From assembly GCF_009914755.1 (NCBI RefSeq), contig NC_060944.1: 64,000 nucleotides of DNA; one strand, given 5' to 3'. Shown piece after piece: positions 23,093 to 35,916 of the stretch. The notes beneath the pieces are model-generated. The model made no database searches, was not told the origin of the DNA, and worked only from the letters and a program-made list of their open reading frames with translations. The translations under genes and the position numbers were made by a program. Each line of letters begins with the position of its first letter. Positions within the stretch are counted from its first letter, which is position 1. The DNA is from the human T2T-CHM13v2.0 reference genome, Homo sapiens.

Positions 23093-23530
23093 TGCAGTGG
23101 GTTAAGCCGTGTCCTTCCAAACAGACGTCCAAGTCCCAACCTCCAGCACCTGTGATTGTGACCTTACCTGAAAATAGGGTCTTTGCAGATGGAATTAAAT
23201 CAAGGATCTCAAGAGGAGATCATCCTGACCTTCAGGGTGGGCTCTGAGTCCAATGGCAAGTGTCCTTGTAAGAGACAAAAGAGGAGAGACACACAGAGAA
23301 GGGAGGCCTCGTGACGATGGGAGCAGCGGTTGGGGTGATGCAGCCGCCAGAACAGGCCAGCAGCCACAAGAGGCCAGAAAGGGTCTGTCCCAAGAGGCTC
23401 GGAAGGGGGCTTGGCCCTGCCCACACCTTCATCTCAGACTCTGGCCTCCAGAACTGTGAGAGGACAAATGTCTGTTGTTTTAAGCCACGCAGTTTGTGGA
23501 CATTTTTTATGCAGTCTTGGAAGCTAAAAC
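23093..23530 (+). mobile_element. MLT1C-type MaLR solo LTR
   Basis: gtgaccttacctgaaaatagggtctttgcagat...ctggcctccagaactgtgagaggacaaatgtctgttgttttaagcca. Confidence 0.85.
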
Positions 23531-23744
23531 GATGTTTAAAAGCTCTGGCTGAAATAGGCAGAATTGGTTGTGGGGCAGGGGAGGAAGCGGGAGCCGCCTG
23601 CGAAGCCAGGACCCCTGGAGCAGGATGGCAGCTGGAATCCAGGCAGTGACGGGGAAGGGAGGAGAGTGGAGATGGAGATATGCCTCAATAATAGTGAAGC
23701 TGAAATTTTACATCCCCACCCCCTGCCCAGCACCTTGCTGTAAT

Positions 23745-23950
23745 GGCCTTATTCAGATTTTCATATTTAATTCTGTATTAAACCCAGGTGTCAGTGACCA
23801 TCACCATCACCATTTTATAGACGAAGAACCAAAGGAACAGAGAGGTTCGTTAACATCTCCCAAGACCACACAGCTAGAGGCAGCAAGGCACAGATTGCAA
23901 CCTAGGCCAGAGGATCAAAGGACCACGTATTTAGCCACCCCAAGCTCACT
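23745..23950 (-). mobile_element. MIR SINE
   Basis: cattttatagacgaagaacc...cccaagaccacacagctag. Confidence 0.6.
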
Positions 23951-25155
23951 GTCATGCAGTCAAATTAACAGCACTTGCTGGGGGTAGAGGTGGGTGGATG
24001 ATGACAGAGAAGAAAACAAGAGCCGCTAAGTGGGTGGCACTGCTTGGAAGACTGCGGGGTGGACAACCTGTCTGTCTCCAGGAGGAAAATGGCCATTTCC
24101 TTCCCAGGACGCCCATTGAGCAGGAACTTTCTGGAGCTGGGTCCTTCAAGATGGGCCTCCCACTCTCCACGTTCTGCCATTCGGAGCAGGCAACCTGCTG
24201 CGGTTGTATTAATTATGTGATGGCAAATGAAAGCCCCCAGCTGACCCACCGGGATCATAAATAACGCTGGCAGAAAATGGATTTGGGCCACGTGTCTCAG
24301 CAGCAGCTTTTTGTGGCATGAAGGTTGGATCTTTTCCATTCTGGGACTGGTGTTTGCTTAGCTGGGAAACCACTCGTCTTCCTGTTCCAGTTCTCCCCGT
24401 AAGCATTCTTTTCCCCTTTTTAAACAACAATAGGGGTTACTATGGAAATCAGAGTAATTTTCATCCCAATGTAGTCCAGATAAACTATCAGGCATTTGCG
24501 GCCACCTTGCCTGCCACCCGTGCTCTGGTCTCATGACTAGACAATTTGGGAACGTCTGAGAAACTCACATTCTCTTGCATCGATTTCCTAAGTGGGTCAG
24601 AGCTTGGAGTTCTTGGCAATTAATGGCTGAGTTAGTGAAGGCAGAGCATAAAAATTTCATGAGCAAAATACGTCTTCCTTATTTTGAAACTTTAAAAAGC
24701 CCCACTCAGATAAATGACCCCTGTTGTACCTGAAGTACTGAGTAAATTAGGTGTAATTTTATTACAATATTGATTGCTGCCACCAGACATCTCGATTGTA
24801 TTTTTTAGCCTTGATCAAAGGTGAAAATGGCATCTTTTAATCGAGTTGAAAAATGCAACTCTGTGGGAAGATGGAGCTGAGCTGAAGGAGGAAGGTGGAG
24901 GGAAGAGAGAAGTCTCAGACCCCCTGTTGGGGAAAATCCACAACTTTTCAGCAGAAACAGAGATTGTCAGCAATGGCTGCCAGTGAATAAGTATTCAGTG
25001 AATAATAGGAAAAGAATATAGTAGGCACTCAATAAAAACCGCACCCCTACTCTGTAAGCAAGAAGCTCTGAATATGACAAGAGAGGCTCTTAGAGGTGCT
25101 GGAAGTAATGAAAGTCTCCTTAGGGGCAAGAACTGCAGGAAAACGAAATGATTTC

Positions 25156-25458
<303 letters not shown>

Positions 25459-26568
25459 CACAAAAATCATTTCTTATGTCTCATGTGGCCCTGGCACAGA
25501 AGAAGTGCTCAATGAATATTTTTGGAATATTATTGCTGAACTTATGAGGTATAGAAATGACTGTTGGAGAGGGGTGTCTTTCAGGGACCCTTTCTCTGAA
25601 GGAAGAGTGACAGCTGCCCAGGTGAGAGCTGAGGTCAGGGCATGGGGATGGAAGAAGAATGTTCTAGGCCAAGGGAAGACCCTGCCGTTCATCGTGACTG
25701 CAAAGCAGACAGGGCCCTCGCGGTGAGATAACTGGCCCTTGTGACAATAAATGTTAGTGTAGCACATAAGGCTGAGAAGAGACTGCTCACCCCTGCAGGT
25801 CCAGCCCCACACAGAGCAGGGGACACATGCAGTTTGCTAAAGGGGAAAGAAAGAGACAGGAGAAAGAAGAGAGGGGAGGGAGGAAGCAGAGGAGAGGGAG
25901 GAGAGGAGCTCCTCTCGCTCTGAAAGTTCCTTCCTCATCTGTAGACAATTGCACAGCTAACATAACCTCTTTTGATGCAACTTAAAAGGAGGTTACTGTT
26001 TGAAGAATGATTGATGACGTCTCCTGTGGTTTACCTTTCCCAAGTGACTAATTGGGTGCATTCACCCACAGCACAGAGAGGCACCATTTGCCCTGAATGA
26101 TTTCATGAACCAGAGAAGTTGAGGGGCTCGGGTCAATGGCTGTGGTGCATGGAAAGCCATGGTCTTCCCCTACCCCCAACCCCACCCTAAAAAAATCTCA
26201 GCTAGGACAGATTAATCACAGGAATTGACTGGCAGACGGGCTTCGTGTAGGAAGAAATGCCAGGAGGCTTTGGATAACAGGGGCTGGTGGAGGGGGGTCT
26301 CCCACCTGCAGAGGCCATGGTAAGTGGGAGGTATGATGTGCAAAATAGACACTTGGCCCAAGCCTCCATGCCCAAAAAGTCCCAGAGTACACTGGAAAGC
26401 TTCTCCACTTGAAGCTTTGCACACAGTCACAGAGCCACCCTGGCAGGACTGGAAGAAGAACATGTGTATAGTATGAACATCTCTAAACTCCATCCCACAC
26501 CAGTATTTGCTAAGAATTCATTTTTTTTTTTGAGTGCTGCAATTATCTTGTGGACAGTGCAAATTATA

Positions 26569-26765
26569 TCCAGGGGTGTGCTGGTGAACCAGCTCTCCAC
26601 AATCAAGAAAGGGGAGATCCCCCTTCGTTTGTGTTGTTTGCCAATTACCATGGTGTAAATACTGCCACTATGGCTGATTGCAGGCCATTGATGGTTTAAG
26701 AACTAACACAAAAGTTTCCTAAATATTTAATAATCGACTCTCATAAGCCTCTTCAAGCTGGCATT
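26569..26765. mobile_element. MER63A-type hAT-Blackjack element
   Basis: ccaggggtgtgctgg...tttgccaattaccatggtgtaaatactgccactatggctgat. Confidence 0.65.
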
Positions 26766-27239
26766 ATCTCAGTTTGTATATAAGTTATTATTTATTAAAT
26801 GTGACCATATGAAGTATGCTGCAATTTTGCAACCGTGCATTGGTATTTCTTTATGGTTTTAATATACCAGGAGGCTCAAAAGATGGAAAGGGTGGTGTAG
26901 GGTCTCTTCGTCTCAGAAATCACATTTGTAAAATCCTCTCTGCTCTGCTCTGTTCAATCTGGTGCCTAAACCTGGAAAGTGATTTTTCACCATCTCTACC
27001 TTCCTGCCCATCCTTCCCTCCTTTTACAAACATTTATTAGGCCGCTACTCTGCCGCCCCACATCCTCCATGAAAATGTCCCTCATCCAGTCAGACGTGGT
27101 AAATATCTCAGTCACTCCTGTCTTCCTTCTCAGCATTCTAGGTTTTACCCTAGAGACCAACCGCTCATTCATTCAAGAAATGTCAACTAGAAATTTATTC
27201 TGTACTGGGCACGTGCTAACTGCTAGAGCAAAAATAGAG

Positions 27240-28400
27240 TTATCTTGTTTTAAACAAACTTTTTGGAGAATACAATAATAATACATATTCACAGATGAGC
27301 ATTTGGAAAATGTAAAAAAGAATACAAAATCATCTCATAACCTGTAATTCCATTATCAGAGATAATGGCGGCTGATGTTTTGGTGTGTTTCTATTCAGTT
27401 ATTTTTCCTTGTCCAATAAACAAGGACACAAGAATTTTTTTATAAAAATGATCATAACCATTTAATAATACAATACAAACCTTTCTACATCATCACGTAT
27501 TTTTCTGTACGATATAATTTTAATAATTGTACAATATTCTATTGTCTGGTTGTGTTATGATATACACCCAATCTCCTTTGTTAAACACTTCGGTAATACT
27601 CAATTTCTTATTCTGAATATTCTGAATCATTCTGCAATAAAAATTCTCTGATGAATGTCTGCACATGCCCATGATTAATTACATAGGACAAATTCTTGGA
27701 AGAATAGTATTTTCCAGGTCTTTTATGGTTTTTCTTTTTGGCCCAACAGTTGTTTAGGACATAATTTTTTAGTTTGGTTTGTTGTGTTTTATTTATAAAT
27801 CTTAGATTTTTAGCATACTTCTTACCAAGATTAACATAGTTACAAAACTTTCCTCAAATCATAAATGTCAGCCCAATGAATTTGTATGTAATAAACATGC
27901 CCTTATAACCGGTGCATAGATATAGGAATAAAATATCACCATCTCCTCAGAAACCCCATTGGTGTCCCTTCTAGAAATTCTCTATACCCCATCCAAGGAT
28001 AACCATTATCATGAATTCTAACAGCATAGATTAGTTTTGCCTGTTTTTGAACTTTATGTAAACAGAACCCTAAAATACAAATGCTTTTGTGTCTGGTGCT
28101 CTCGATCTACCCTACGCAGGCAAGATTCCCCTACATTGCTGGATGTGGCTATGTGTGTCAACTTTCCTGAGTAGTTGCATTGTGTTCTGGTGGATGAAAA
28201 AACCCATAATGTATTTGTCCTTTTACTGTTGATGAAAATCTAGGTAGTATCACCCATCTGGGTGGTCTCATCTTCACCCATCTATAGGATCAAATTTATT
28301 AATTAAATTATATAGAGCTTCTCTAGGTATACTTTCATAGTTTTGTCTCTAGATCTTTGAAAATTAAAATGGAAAGAGGTATCTAAAATCTCCCACTGTA
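27240..28400 (-). mobile_element. L1M (L1MD/ME-like) antisense fragments
   Basis: AT-rich; aaccattatcatgaattctaacagcatagattagttttgcctgtttttgaactttatg typical of old L1 3' ends. Confidence 0.7.
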
Positions 28401-29309
28401 TCGTATCACAGAGGTGAAGGAGTCGGCCCAAGACCACACTATCCAGAGAGGTCAGGAGGCGTTTGGACTCAGCCACCCGGCCCCGGGCAGCCGAGGTTAA
28501 TGGAACCCAGCGCCCGAGGCTGTTGTGAGGATGAAACATGATCATGGAATCTGAAAACTCAGCCTGACGTGGAAAACATGATTGCCTGTTAAGCACCGGC
28601 TGCTCATTTTCATCTTCTGGGTGAAATGCTCAAAGGGACTGGATGAATACTGAGTGAGTAAGGAATAAATGAATGAATGAACAAATGAATCCGAATGCCC
28701 TCCAATGTGCGTATGTGCCTGGGTCTGTTGCAGAAAGCCGCCTTTGTTGTCTAGACAAGAAGAGATGTTTGCTTTGTGAGCCCCTGGTGGGTCTGCGGAG
28801 GTGGCAGCCCCTGGGGGCAGCTGGACCTTCCCCTGGGCCCCCCACCAGGGTGACTGATGAGGCTGAAGGGGATTTTGCCAGCAGCTGCGGCTGCCAGCCC
28901 AGCCTGCCATGCAGACCTGGTGCTCTGGGCTCTGGAATGAAAGCACAATAGTGGCATTGTCACCACTTCCCTGTTTCTTGATTGTCCCAGTTACTCATCA
29001 AGGATGTTGGCGAGCCCAGCCCGGAACACAGCGTCCTTGTCCCTTGATTAAGCAGCAGACACGCTCAGACAGTGGCCCTGCAGGAGGTGGTCGATGAATT
29101 CATCTCTTGGCCATTCAGAGAACCCAACAGCCACGGACTTGGGCAGAGATGGGTCAATGGGAGGTCATGCCGGGTGGTCCCCTCCAGAGGCCACCCCCAA
29201 AGGGAAATAATGACAGCGTCCTCCCCCCAGGAGGTGCCCCAGACAAGGCTGATGAAAGGGGTGGCTCGGTGGCTTCCTGTGGAAAGCCCGCTCTGGGACA
29301 GACCCCTGT

Positions 29310-29720
29310 GTGAGAATGATCCTGCTTGCTGTTATCACTCCTTGATCAAAACCTTCAGTGGCTTCTCACAAGCAGAAGACAGTCAAAACGCCTCTCACAG
29401 AGCCCTCCGTGATTTGACCACAGATCTTCCCGCTCACGTTTTTGCTCACCGTGTTCTGCTCACACCTGCCTAATTTCTGGCCCTGGGACGCACCATGGTC
29501 TGTCCTTCCTCAAGCCTCTCCTTCCGCCTGGGTGGATCTCTGGGTCCACCCCGGCACCAGCTCTGATGGCCGACTCCTAGCCGGGGCTGCCTGGTTCACT
29601 TTCGGACCCTAACACGTGGAGTAGCACCTGCCCAGAGGAGGCACTGGAGAGACATTCACTCAGGCTACTTCCCAGCGCCTAGAGCAAGGCCTGGTACATA
29701 CTAGGTGCTCAGCAAATATG
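29310..29720 (+). mobile_element. L2 fragments
   Basis: tcactccttgatcaaaaccttcagtggcttctc; cctagagcaaggcctggtacatactaggtgctcagcaaatatg. Confidence 0.55.
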
Positions 29721-31859
29721 GAAGGGAGAGGGGAAAACAGAAGGGAGGAAACGGTGGAGAGAAATTATCATGCAGCAACTTCAGAGACAGCAAGGGGAGT
29801 GGAACAGAGAAAGGGGTGCCTTCCAACAGGCACCTGGGACCCCCTTTGGGATGGGCCCCCTGTACACGCCCATACCACTCTCCAAGGCTGAAAGCATCTC
29901 GTCCTCCACTGCCAAAGCATTCCAGGAACGGGGCTGCACCCAGAGCAGCAGGAGGTACCATCCCCTCTCCTACCCTCACGTCCAGCTCTTCTCCCTGCTC
30001 CATGATCCACAGTGAGGGCCTCCCTCGCTTCAAGATAGTCCATGACTAAGGACCTGTGGGACCATCACATTTCTTCATCTCTTCAATACATCTTTTTGAA
30101 GGCCTGTGATGCCCCATGGATGGGGCGAGGCTCCGGATCAATGAAGGCAGGAAAGTCACACGTGGCCCCACCTGTGGCAAGCCCCCAGCCAGTGGAGCTG
30201 GGAACATACTGGACAGATGAGAGTCAGCCCATGTGTTCAGGAAGCCAATCTGATTTTTGTCATCCACTGGCCCTTTAAACTTGTCCACTGGGAAGGAGCC
30301 TTGTCCCTGACCAGATGGGAGCTCAGGCGATGACCATGACTTTGCTGGTCGCTTTCTAGCAGTAGACAGTCCTGTGGTCAGTGTGAGTCACAGACGGCCT
30401 CAGTCTAGCAGTGGAAAAAGTCCTGTCCTGAGTAAGAATCAAAACTTGCTCCTTGATTCAGCACAATTTGCTGCACGACGGGTGCCTGCGGTAAGCTGAC
30501 TGCTTGCAGGGAAGTGGCCTGGACCTCCTCTCTTTGCCCACAGGCTTTCGTCCATCACTCCGACACAGCCTCCTCACTCGGGCTCAGGAGCCAGGCAGGG
30601 TCGGGAGGGAGACGAGGTGGACAGCTGCTCCCCCCCAGTCCCGTGTGTGACAGCTCTGAACTGCCTGGGACGCAGCAGAGCCTCCTCCGATGGACTGACG
30701 GCTCTGTGGGGATGAGCAGGGCCTCTCCTACCTGGCCGCACCCCTGTGGGCCATTGTCCCGGAGAGGAGCCCCTCTCTTTAAGGGGCTCAGTTGCCCAGG
30801 ATGCATGCAGCATTGACCGTCTCTTGGAGGAGTTTCAGCTTTTCAGAAGCAGCCGCAGTTCTTCAACCCAGGCCCCTTTTGCCCTCAGGCATGAGTCCCT
30901 TGAGCCCTCCAAAGGCCGGGCGCGGACAGAGCTGTCTGCATGTTCCCACAAAACCCTCGCCAGGTATGAAGTGAGGGGATCACCACCCTCCCTCCTTGGA
31001 GCGGAGAGTGCTCTGTGCTCCTGCAACTCACAAAACCTTCTTCCCATCTCCACAGAATCAGGACACCTGGGTTCCCATCCCTTCTGCCCACACCAAGGCA
31101 TAGCCTTCCACCCCTCTGAGCCTCAGTTTCCACTTCTATACCAAGGGAATGGCACTGCCCTAACCAGGCTCTGAGGGGCCAGATGGAGTCACGTGCACGC
31201 ACACATGTCCTGTTTATTATTAGCGGAGGTGTGGTGTTGGCATGGTGTGAGGATGGAAGGAATTCTCAGGACCCTTCCAGGGTAAAGGAACAGAAACATC
31301 CCTGACCTTAGCCTGGCCTAAACTAGGGATTGGCTCCTGGCCCTGAATTCTCTGCAGACTCTGAACTCAGTGTGTGCCCAGCCTGAGCCATAGCCAAGAA
31401 CCAGGTCCAAGTGCACTGAATATCTCCCAAGCTGGGCTGGACACCCTCCTGCCACGTCCAGCCCATTGTTTCAATATGAAGCAGAATGTCCCCCTCAGAA
31501 CCTGGGGCTGTGTACATTTTGCAGCTCCAGAGCCACTGGCATCACACTGCAGACCAGAAACTTTCCATGGGAACCGTGGGAGCAGGAGGAAGACCAGGTG
31601 CTCAGCGGCCAGGGCAGGGCCATCCTGGAGCTCTCAAGCCCGGGCACTGGAGCCAGCCAGCCATGTGTCCCCTTCAAGAAGTCTCAGAATCCCAAATCCC
31701 AGCTGCAGCCTCTGGAGCTGGAAGACAGGTCATGTCTTAGTGAAGTTCTTTCCCTGAGACCCAGGTCATCCAGGACAAAAGCAGGAACTGGAATGAGACA
31801 GGAAAGGCGGTGACCCCCCAGTCCCTGGCTGTCCAGCCTTCAGGTCATCCATGGATGCT

Positions 31860-32260
31860 ACAACATGTATTGAGCAAAACTCCAGGATGTGCAACTGGGG
31901 TAAAGCAGAAGCAGAACAGACAAGCCCCAGGGGATGTAGATGCTGCAGGAGTGGGCAACAGCCAGTAATCAGGAAGCAGATGCATTGACAAAAAAAATAG
32001 CAAGCAAGGCAAAGCAAACCCCACGCAGGAAGCACACAGGTGCGGCCCGAGTGACCACGGGGAAGGGGCTGCTTTAGCCGCCCATCGTGGGGGCCTCCTC
32101 CAAGCAGGTGGAATGTGATTCTGCAGCTGGAGTGATGAGAGGGCTGGCTAGGGGAAGACCCAGCCCGCAGTGGCAGATGTCCAGGCCAAGCAGCCAGCAC
32201 AGGCAGACTGTGGGGTGATGAGGTGAGAGCTTGCAGGGGAAAGGCCTGGGCTGTGATGAG
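31860..32260 (-). mobile_element. L2 fragment
   Basis: caacatgtattgagca...cagaacagacaagcccc. Confidence 0.45.
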
Positions 32261-32306
32261 ATGAAAACTTCAGATGAAAAGATTTTTTAAATTGCCCCCT
32301 TATTAC

Positions 32307-32699
32307 TGTATCAGTCAGGGTTTGACCAGAGAAAGAGTCAGTAGGAGGCAGATATTAAGGGATTTATGCAAGGAGTTGGCTTTGGTGACCATGGGGTCTG
32401 GCCAGGCAAGTCCCGAGTCCATGAGACAGGCTATCAGGAACGGCTGTGACTCACAGGCATGGGCCCAGGCCACTGTCACAGGAGGAATTTGTTCTTCTTC
32501 AGGGGCCTTTGCCGGCTCCAAGGCCTTTCCACTGATCAGGCCCACCCAGGTCATCCAGGACAACCTCCTTTACTTGAAGTCAGTGATTATGGGCTTAAAC
32601 CACAACTCTAACATCTCTCCCTGCAATGCTCAGCTGAGGGACTCATTGAATAACATGACTGTGGCCTCGAAGGATTCACATATCAAGCTGATCATCACA
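32307..32699 (-). mobile_element. MLT2C/D-type ERVL solo LTR
   Basis: tgtatcagtcagggtt...catcaca; perfect 5-bp TSD attac at 32302-32306 and 32700-32704. Confidence 0.82.
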
Positions 32700-33139
32700 A
32701 TTACCTGCCCAGAGCAATATTAAACACCACTCAGAAATTATGCACATGGTTTCAACCTTCTTTTTAAAGTCCAAGTTGTTCTGGACCTCCCTTTTGGAGA
32801 GGTCCCGGAGTGGCGCCCCGCCGCGGGTCAGTGACTTCCTCCAGTGGGGAGGCATCTGCCCTTTGTCCCACCCACAAGGCAGAATGATAGGCAGGGGCCG
32901 GGACCAATCCCCACCCTGTGACTTCCTTTGAGGCAGCTTCAGGGGTGGGGCTGTCCAGTTCCCCTGAGGTCACATTAGGAATGCCAGCAAGCCCTCCACG
33001 TGGCTTTGGCTGGAATATTCTGGAAAACATGTTCATCACTGTCAGTGGGACTTTCTTAAGAATCATAGAAAATTGATGCTTCCCATGGTGGAGGGAAAAC
33101 TCATGAATTTGATGGTGAGATTAGAGGAGTTTCAGACTG

Positions 33140-33635
33140 TAATGGCTACTTTTTTTTACAATTTGAAATATTTATTTAGACCAAGAGAGGAAATCACTAC
33201 ATGTTTTGCAATATTTACAAGTTAGCAATATCACAAAATGTAGTGGGGAAAAAGAACAATTTTTCTTAATTACAGCTCTGTAATGCTTTTTTCCTACTTT
33301 TCTTTTGGTTGTATCACGTTGTCTCTTCATTTGGCAATTTTGTAATATCCTTTCCCATAGAAGAATTTAAAGATAATTCAGAGTATCCTCTAACGTAGTT
33401 GATGGAAATTTGCTTTTTAGTTTTGATAGTTTATAGGAGTTTCTTTCAAATTCTCAACTCTTTACTAGCAATATAATGTAATTTTTACGATTGCTGTTAA
33501 ATTTGGGGAAACCTCTATTGAGTTTCTTTCCTTGCTGAGCTAGGATTTCAGGGCATTTCAGATTTGCCATGGTGTGAGTTTTCTTAAATATTATTTGAAT
33601 TGACAACATTCAGATTATTCTCAGATTATTCTCAG
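33140..33635 (-). mobile_element. hAT-Tip100 (Zaphod-like) transposase 3' relic
   Basis: Minus strand 33520-33361: IEVSPNLTAIVKI../ILLVKS*EFERNSYKLSKLKSKFPSTTLEDTLNYL*IL, a degenerate hAT C-terminal dimerisation motif. Confidence 0.7.
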
Positions 33636-33639
33636 AAGA

Positions 33640-34084
33640 TGTACACTGGTTAATTTTATGTGTCAACTCGACTAGGCTAAGGGAGACCCAGACAGCTGGT
33701 AAGACATGATTTCTGGGTGTGTCTGGGAGGGAGACGAGCAGAGCATCAGAGAGGAGCATCTGAATCTGTAGACTGAGAAAAGATTTGCTCTTTCCCAAGC
33801 AAGCAGGCAGCATCCAATCCATCCAGGGCTGGAGTAAAGCAAAAGGTAGAAGAGGGGAAAATTCACTGTCTCCCTTGAGCTGGGACGTCCACCATCTCCC
33901 GCACTCAGACGTTAGAATCCCGATGCTTTATTTAGCCTTTGGACTCAGACTGGGATTTACACCATTGGAGCCCCTGTTCTCAGGCCTTCGAGTTGGAGCT
34001 GGAACCACACCACTGGCATTCCTGCTTCTCCAGCTTGCAGTCAATCCTGGTTCTGTTTTTTTCTGGAGAACTCTGACCAATGCA
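33640..34084 (+). mobile_element. MLT2B ERVL solo LTR
   Basis: ggttaattttatgtgtcaactcgactaggcta...ggttctgttttttctggagaactctgaccaatgca. Confidence 0.85.
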
Positions 34085-34467
34085 CAGGTCAACAAAGAAA
34101 AGTTCTTCCTCAAAAGCCCACACTTTCATGTTTGTTATGCATGTTATCTGTTGATTTAAAACAGATGGGCAAGATATCCTCAAGGAATTTGGAGAAATAT
34201 TCTTTTATCCAACCCACTAATGTAAAACCAACTAAAGAAGCTGATGGCCTTTAGTTTTAAGACCATTTGGTGTGGAGGTCCCATAAAATGCTCCAGAAAA
34301 ATAACATTTAGTGTAGTGAGAACCAGGACCTGCTGTTTCCAGATGAGCCTACCTTTTCTTTGGCCATTTAAAGACTTCCATTTCCAAATCGTAAACCGAT
34401 CTGGAACTTGTGTAATATATTTGTCTAGTTATTGGTTTGTTTATTTTTAATTTTAGGACTTCTCTAC

Positions 34468-35916
34468 TGTCACAGGATCCTTCTCCTTGGGGTGTCACTT
34501 TTCCAGCCGGAAACCTCTGTGACCAATGGTGCCTTTGCCTGAGTTTTGCTCGGGCCTGCTGGGCTCATTCCACCCACCCACCCTGGCAGGCTGTGCTCGG
34601 TTTGCACCACCAGTCTGGATCCCAAGCCTGCAAAAGGCGAGCCAGGGGCAGAGTGGCGACAGGTGTGTGAGTGAGTGAGCGTGGGGTCCAACCACTGCAC
34701 ACAGCTAGGCACGCCAGCTGCTGCAAGACAGGCAGCTAAGGTTCTGGCACAGGCACCAGCTTATTGTGAGGCTGCGGCTAGACCAGGCATATTGCAAGCA
34801 GCTGCCACGCTGGCTCTGGGGAACATGGTGGCACCCAGAAGCTTGGAGGTGCCAGGAACCACACAGCCCCAAAGAGGGTGTCACAGCCCTGGCCCGGGGA
34901 GCTCCTAGGACTGGGCTCCCCAAAGGGCTGCAGCTCTCCTCTCCTTGTCTCTTCTCTCCTTCTCATCACCCACAACATGGTGAGCAAAGGGCATGTCTCA
35001 GCGCCACCATTCACCAGGTCCCAAGTCCTTGTCCTGTATCCAGGAAGAATGAGGTATGACGACAAGTAGAGGGTGAGCAGGACAAAGAGGTGATTTATTG
35101 AGCAGCAGAACAGCTCAGACAGAGGAGACCGACAGTGGATAGCTCCTCTCCACAGGCAGGGTCTCCTGAACGAGTGTCCAACTCTCAGCAGAGAGGAGAC
35201 TCACAGTGGGTAGCTTCTCTCCACAGGCAGGGCGTCCTGACATCTCTTCTAGTCTGACTGAGTCTGGGCTTTTATGGGTTTCAGAAGGGAGGAAGTGCAT
35301 ACTAATTTGTCCATGGGTGGCCATGGGTGAGTCTGAGAAATGCACCAAAAGTTCTCATTCCAGTCCACAGAACTGGCAGCCCAGCCCCAAGTCTTCACCG
35401 GGGACCCACCCCTTTCCACCCAGAAGACTGTCTGCCTCCACCACCATCAACCTGCCATCCACAGTGCCCATGGTGCCCAAGCTGCTCATGCAGAGGGGTG
35501 CCCGCAGGCTGGCATTGAGCTGCCCTAAGCTCCCCCTTGGCCTCCCCTTGGCACCCAACGTCCAGAGGGGGCTGAGGGCAGCAGGGGGCTGGTGTGTCAG
35601 CACTGCCCCCAAGCACGTGCACACCCAGCTAGGTCGCAACAGCACCTGGGCTCAGCCTCAATTTTCCTCAGGGAGCAGGGAGAGGCCAGGCAATGGGAGC
35701 AGGTATTTCTGAGCCTACGGGGGGAGAGGGACTTCCTGGTCCCCTGAAAATGCAGAGATGCCTGAGTCCACAGCTGCAGCTGCGCCCAGGAGGGCAGGGC
35801 CCCCACCCCTCTCCAGCTCCCACTGACCCCTTGGAATGTGCAGCCCTGGCTGCGCCTCCCCTACTGCAGCCTGCGTCATGGCAGCAGCTGCTCCAGACGG
35901 GCCACCTCTGCCATCA
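34468..35916 (-). mobile_element. MER52-type ERV1 long solo LTR (GC-rich)
   Basis: tgtcacaggatcc...ctctgccatca termini; 4-bp TSD ctac/ccac; internal repeated cagaggagac..cagtgg..tagctc units; explains the dense ORF pile here. Confidence 0.85.

Noticed and set aside
30746-31174. 142-aa ORF with a possible exon 30800-30963 (donor ag/gtatga)
   Set aside because: Weak acceptor, no known protein similarity, and the 3' end runs into a MIR
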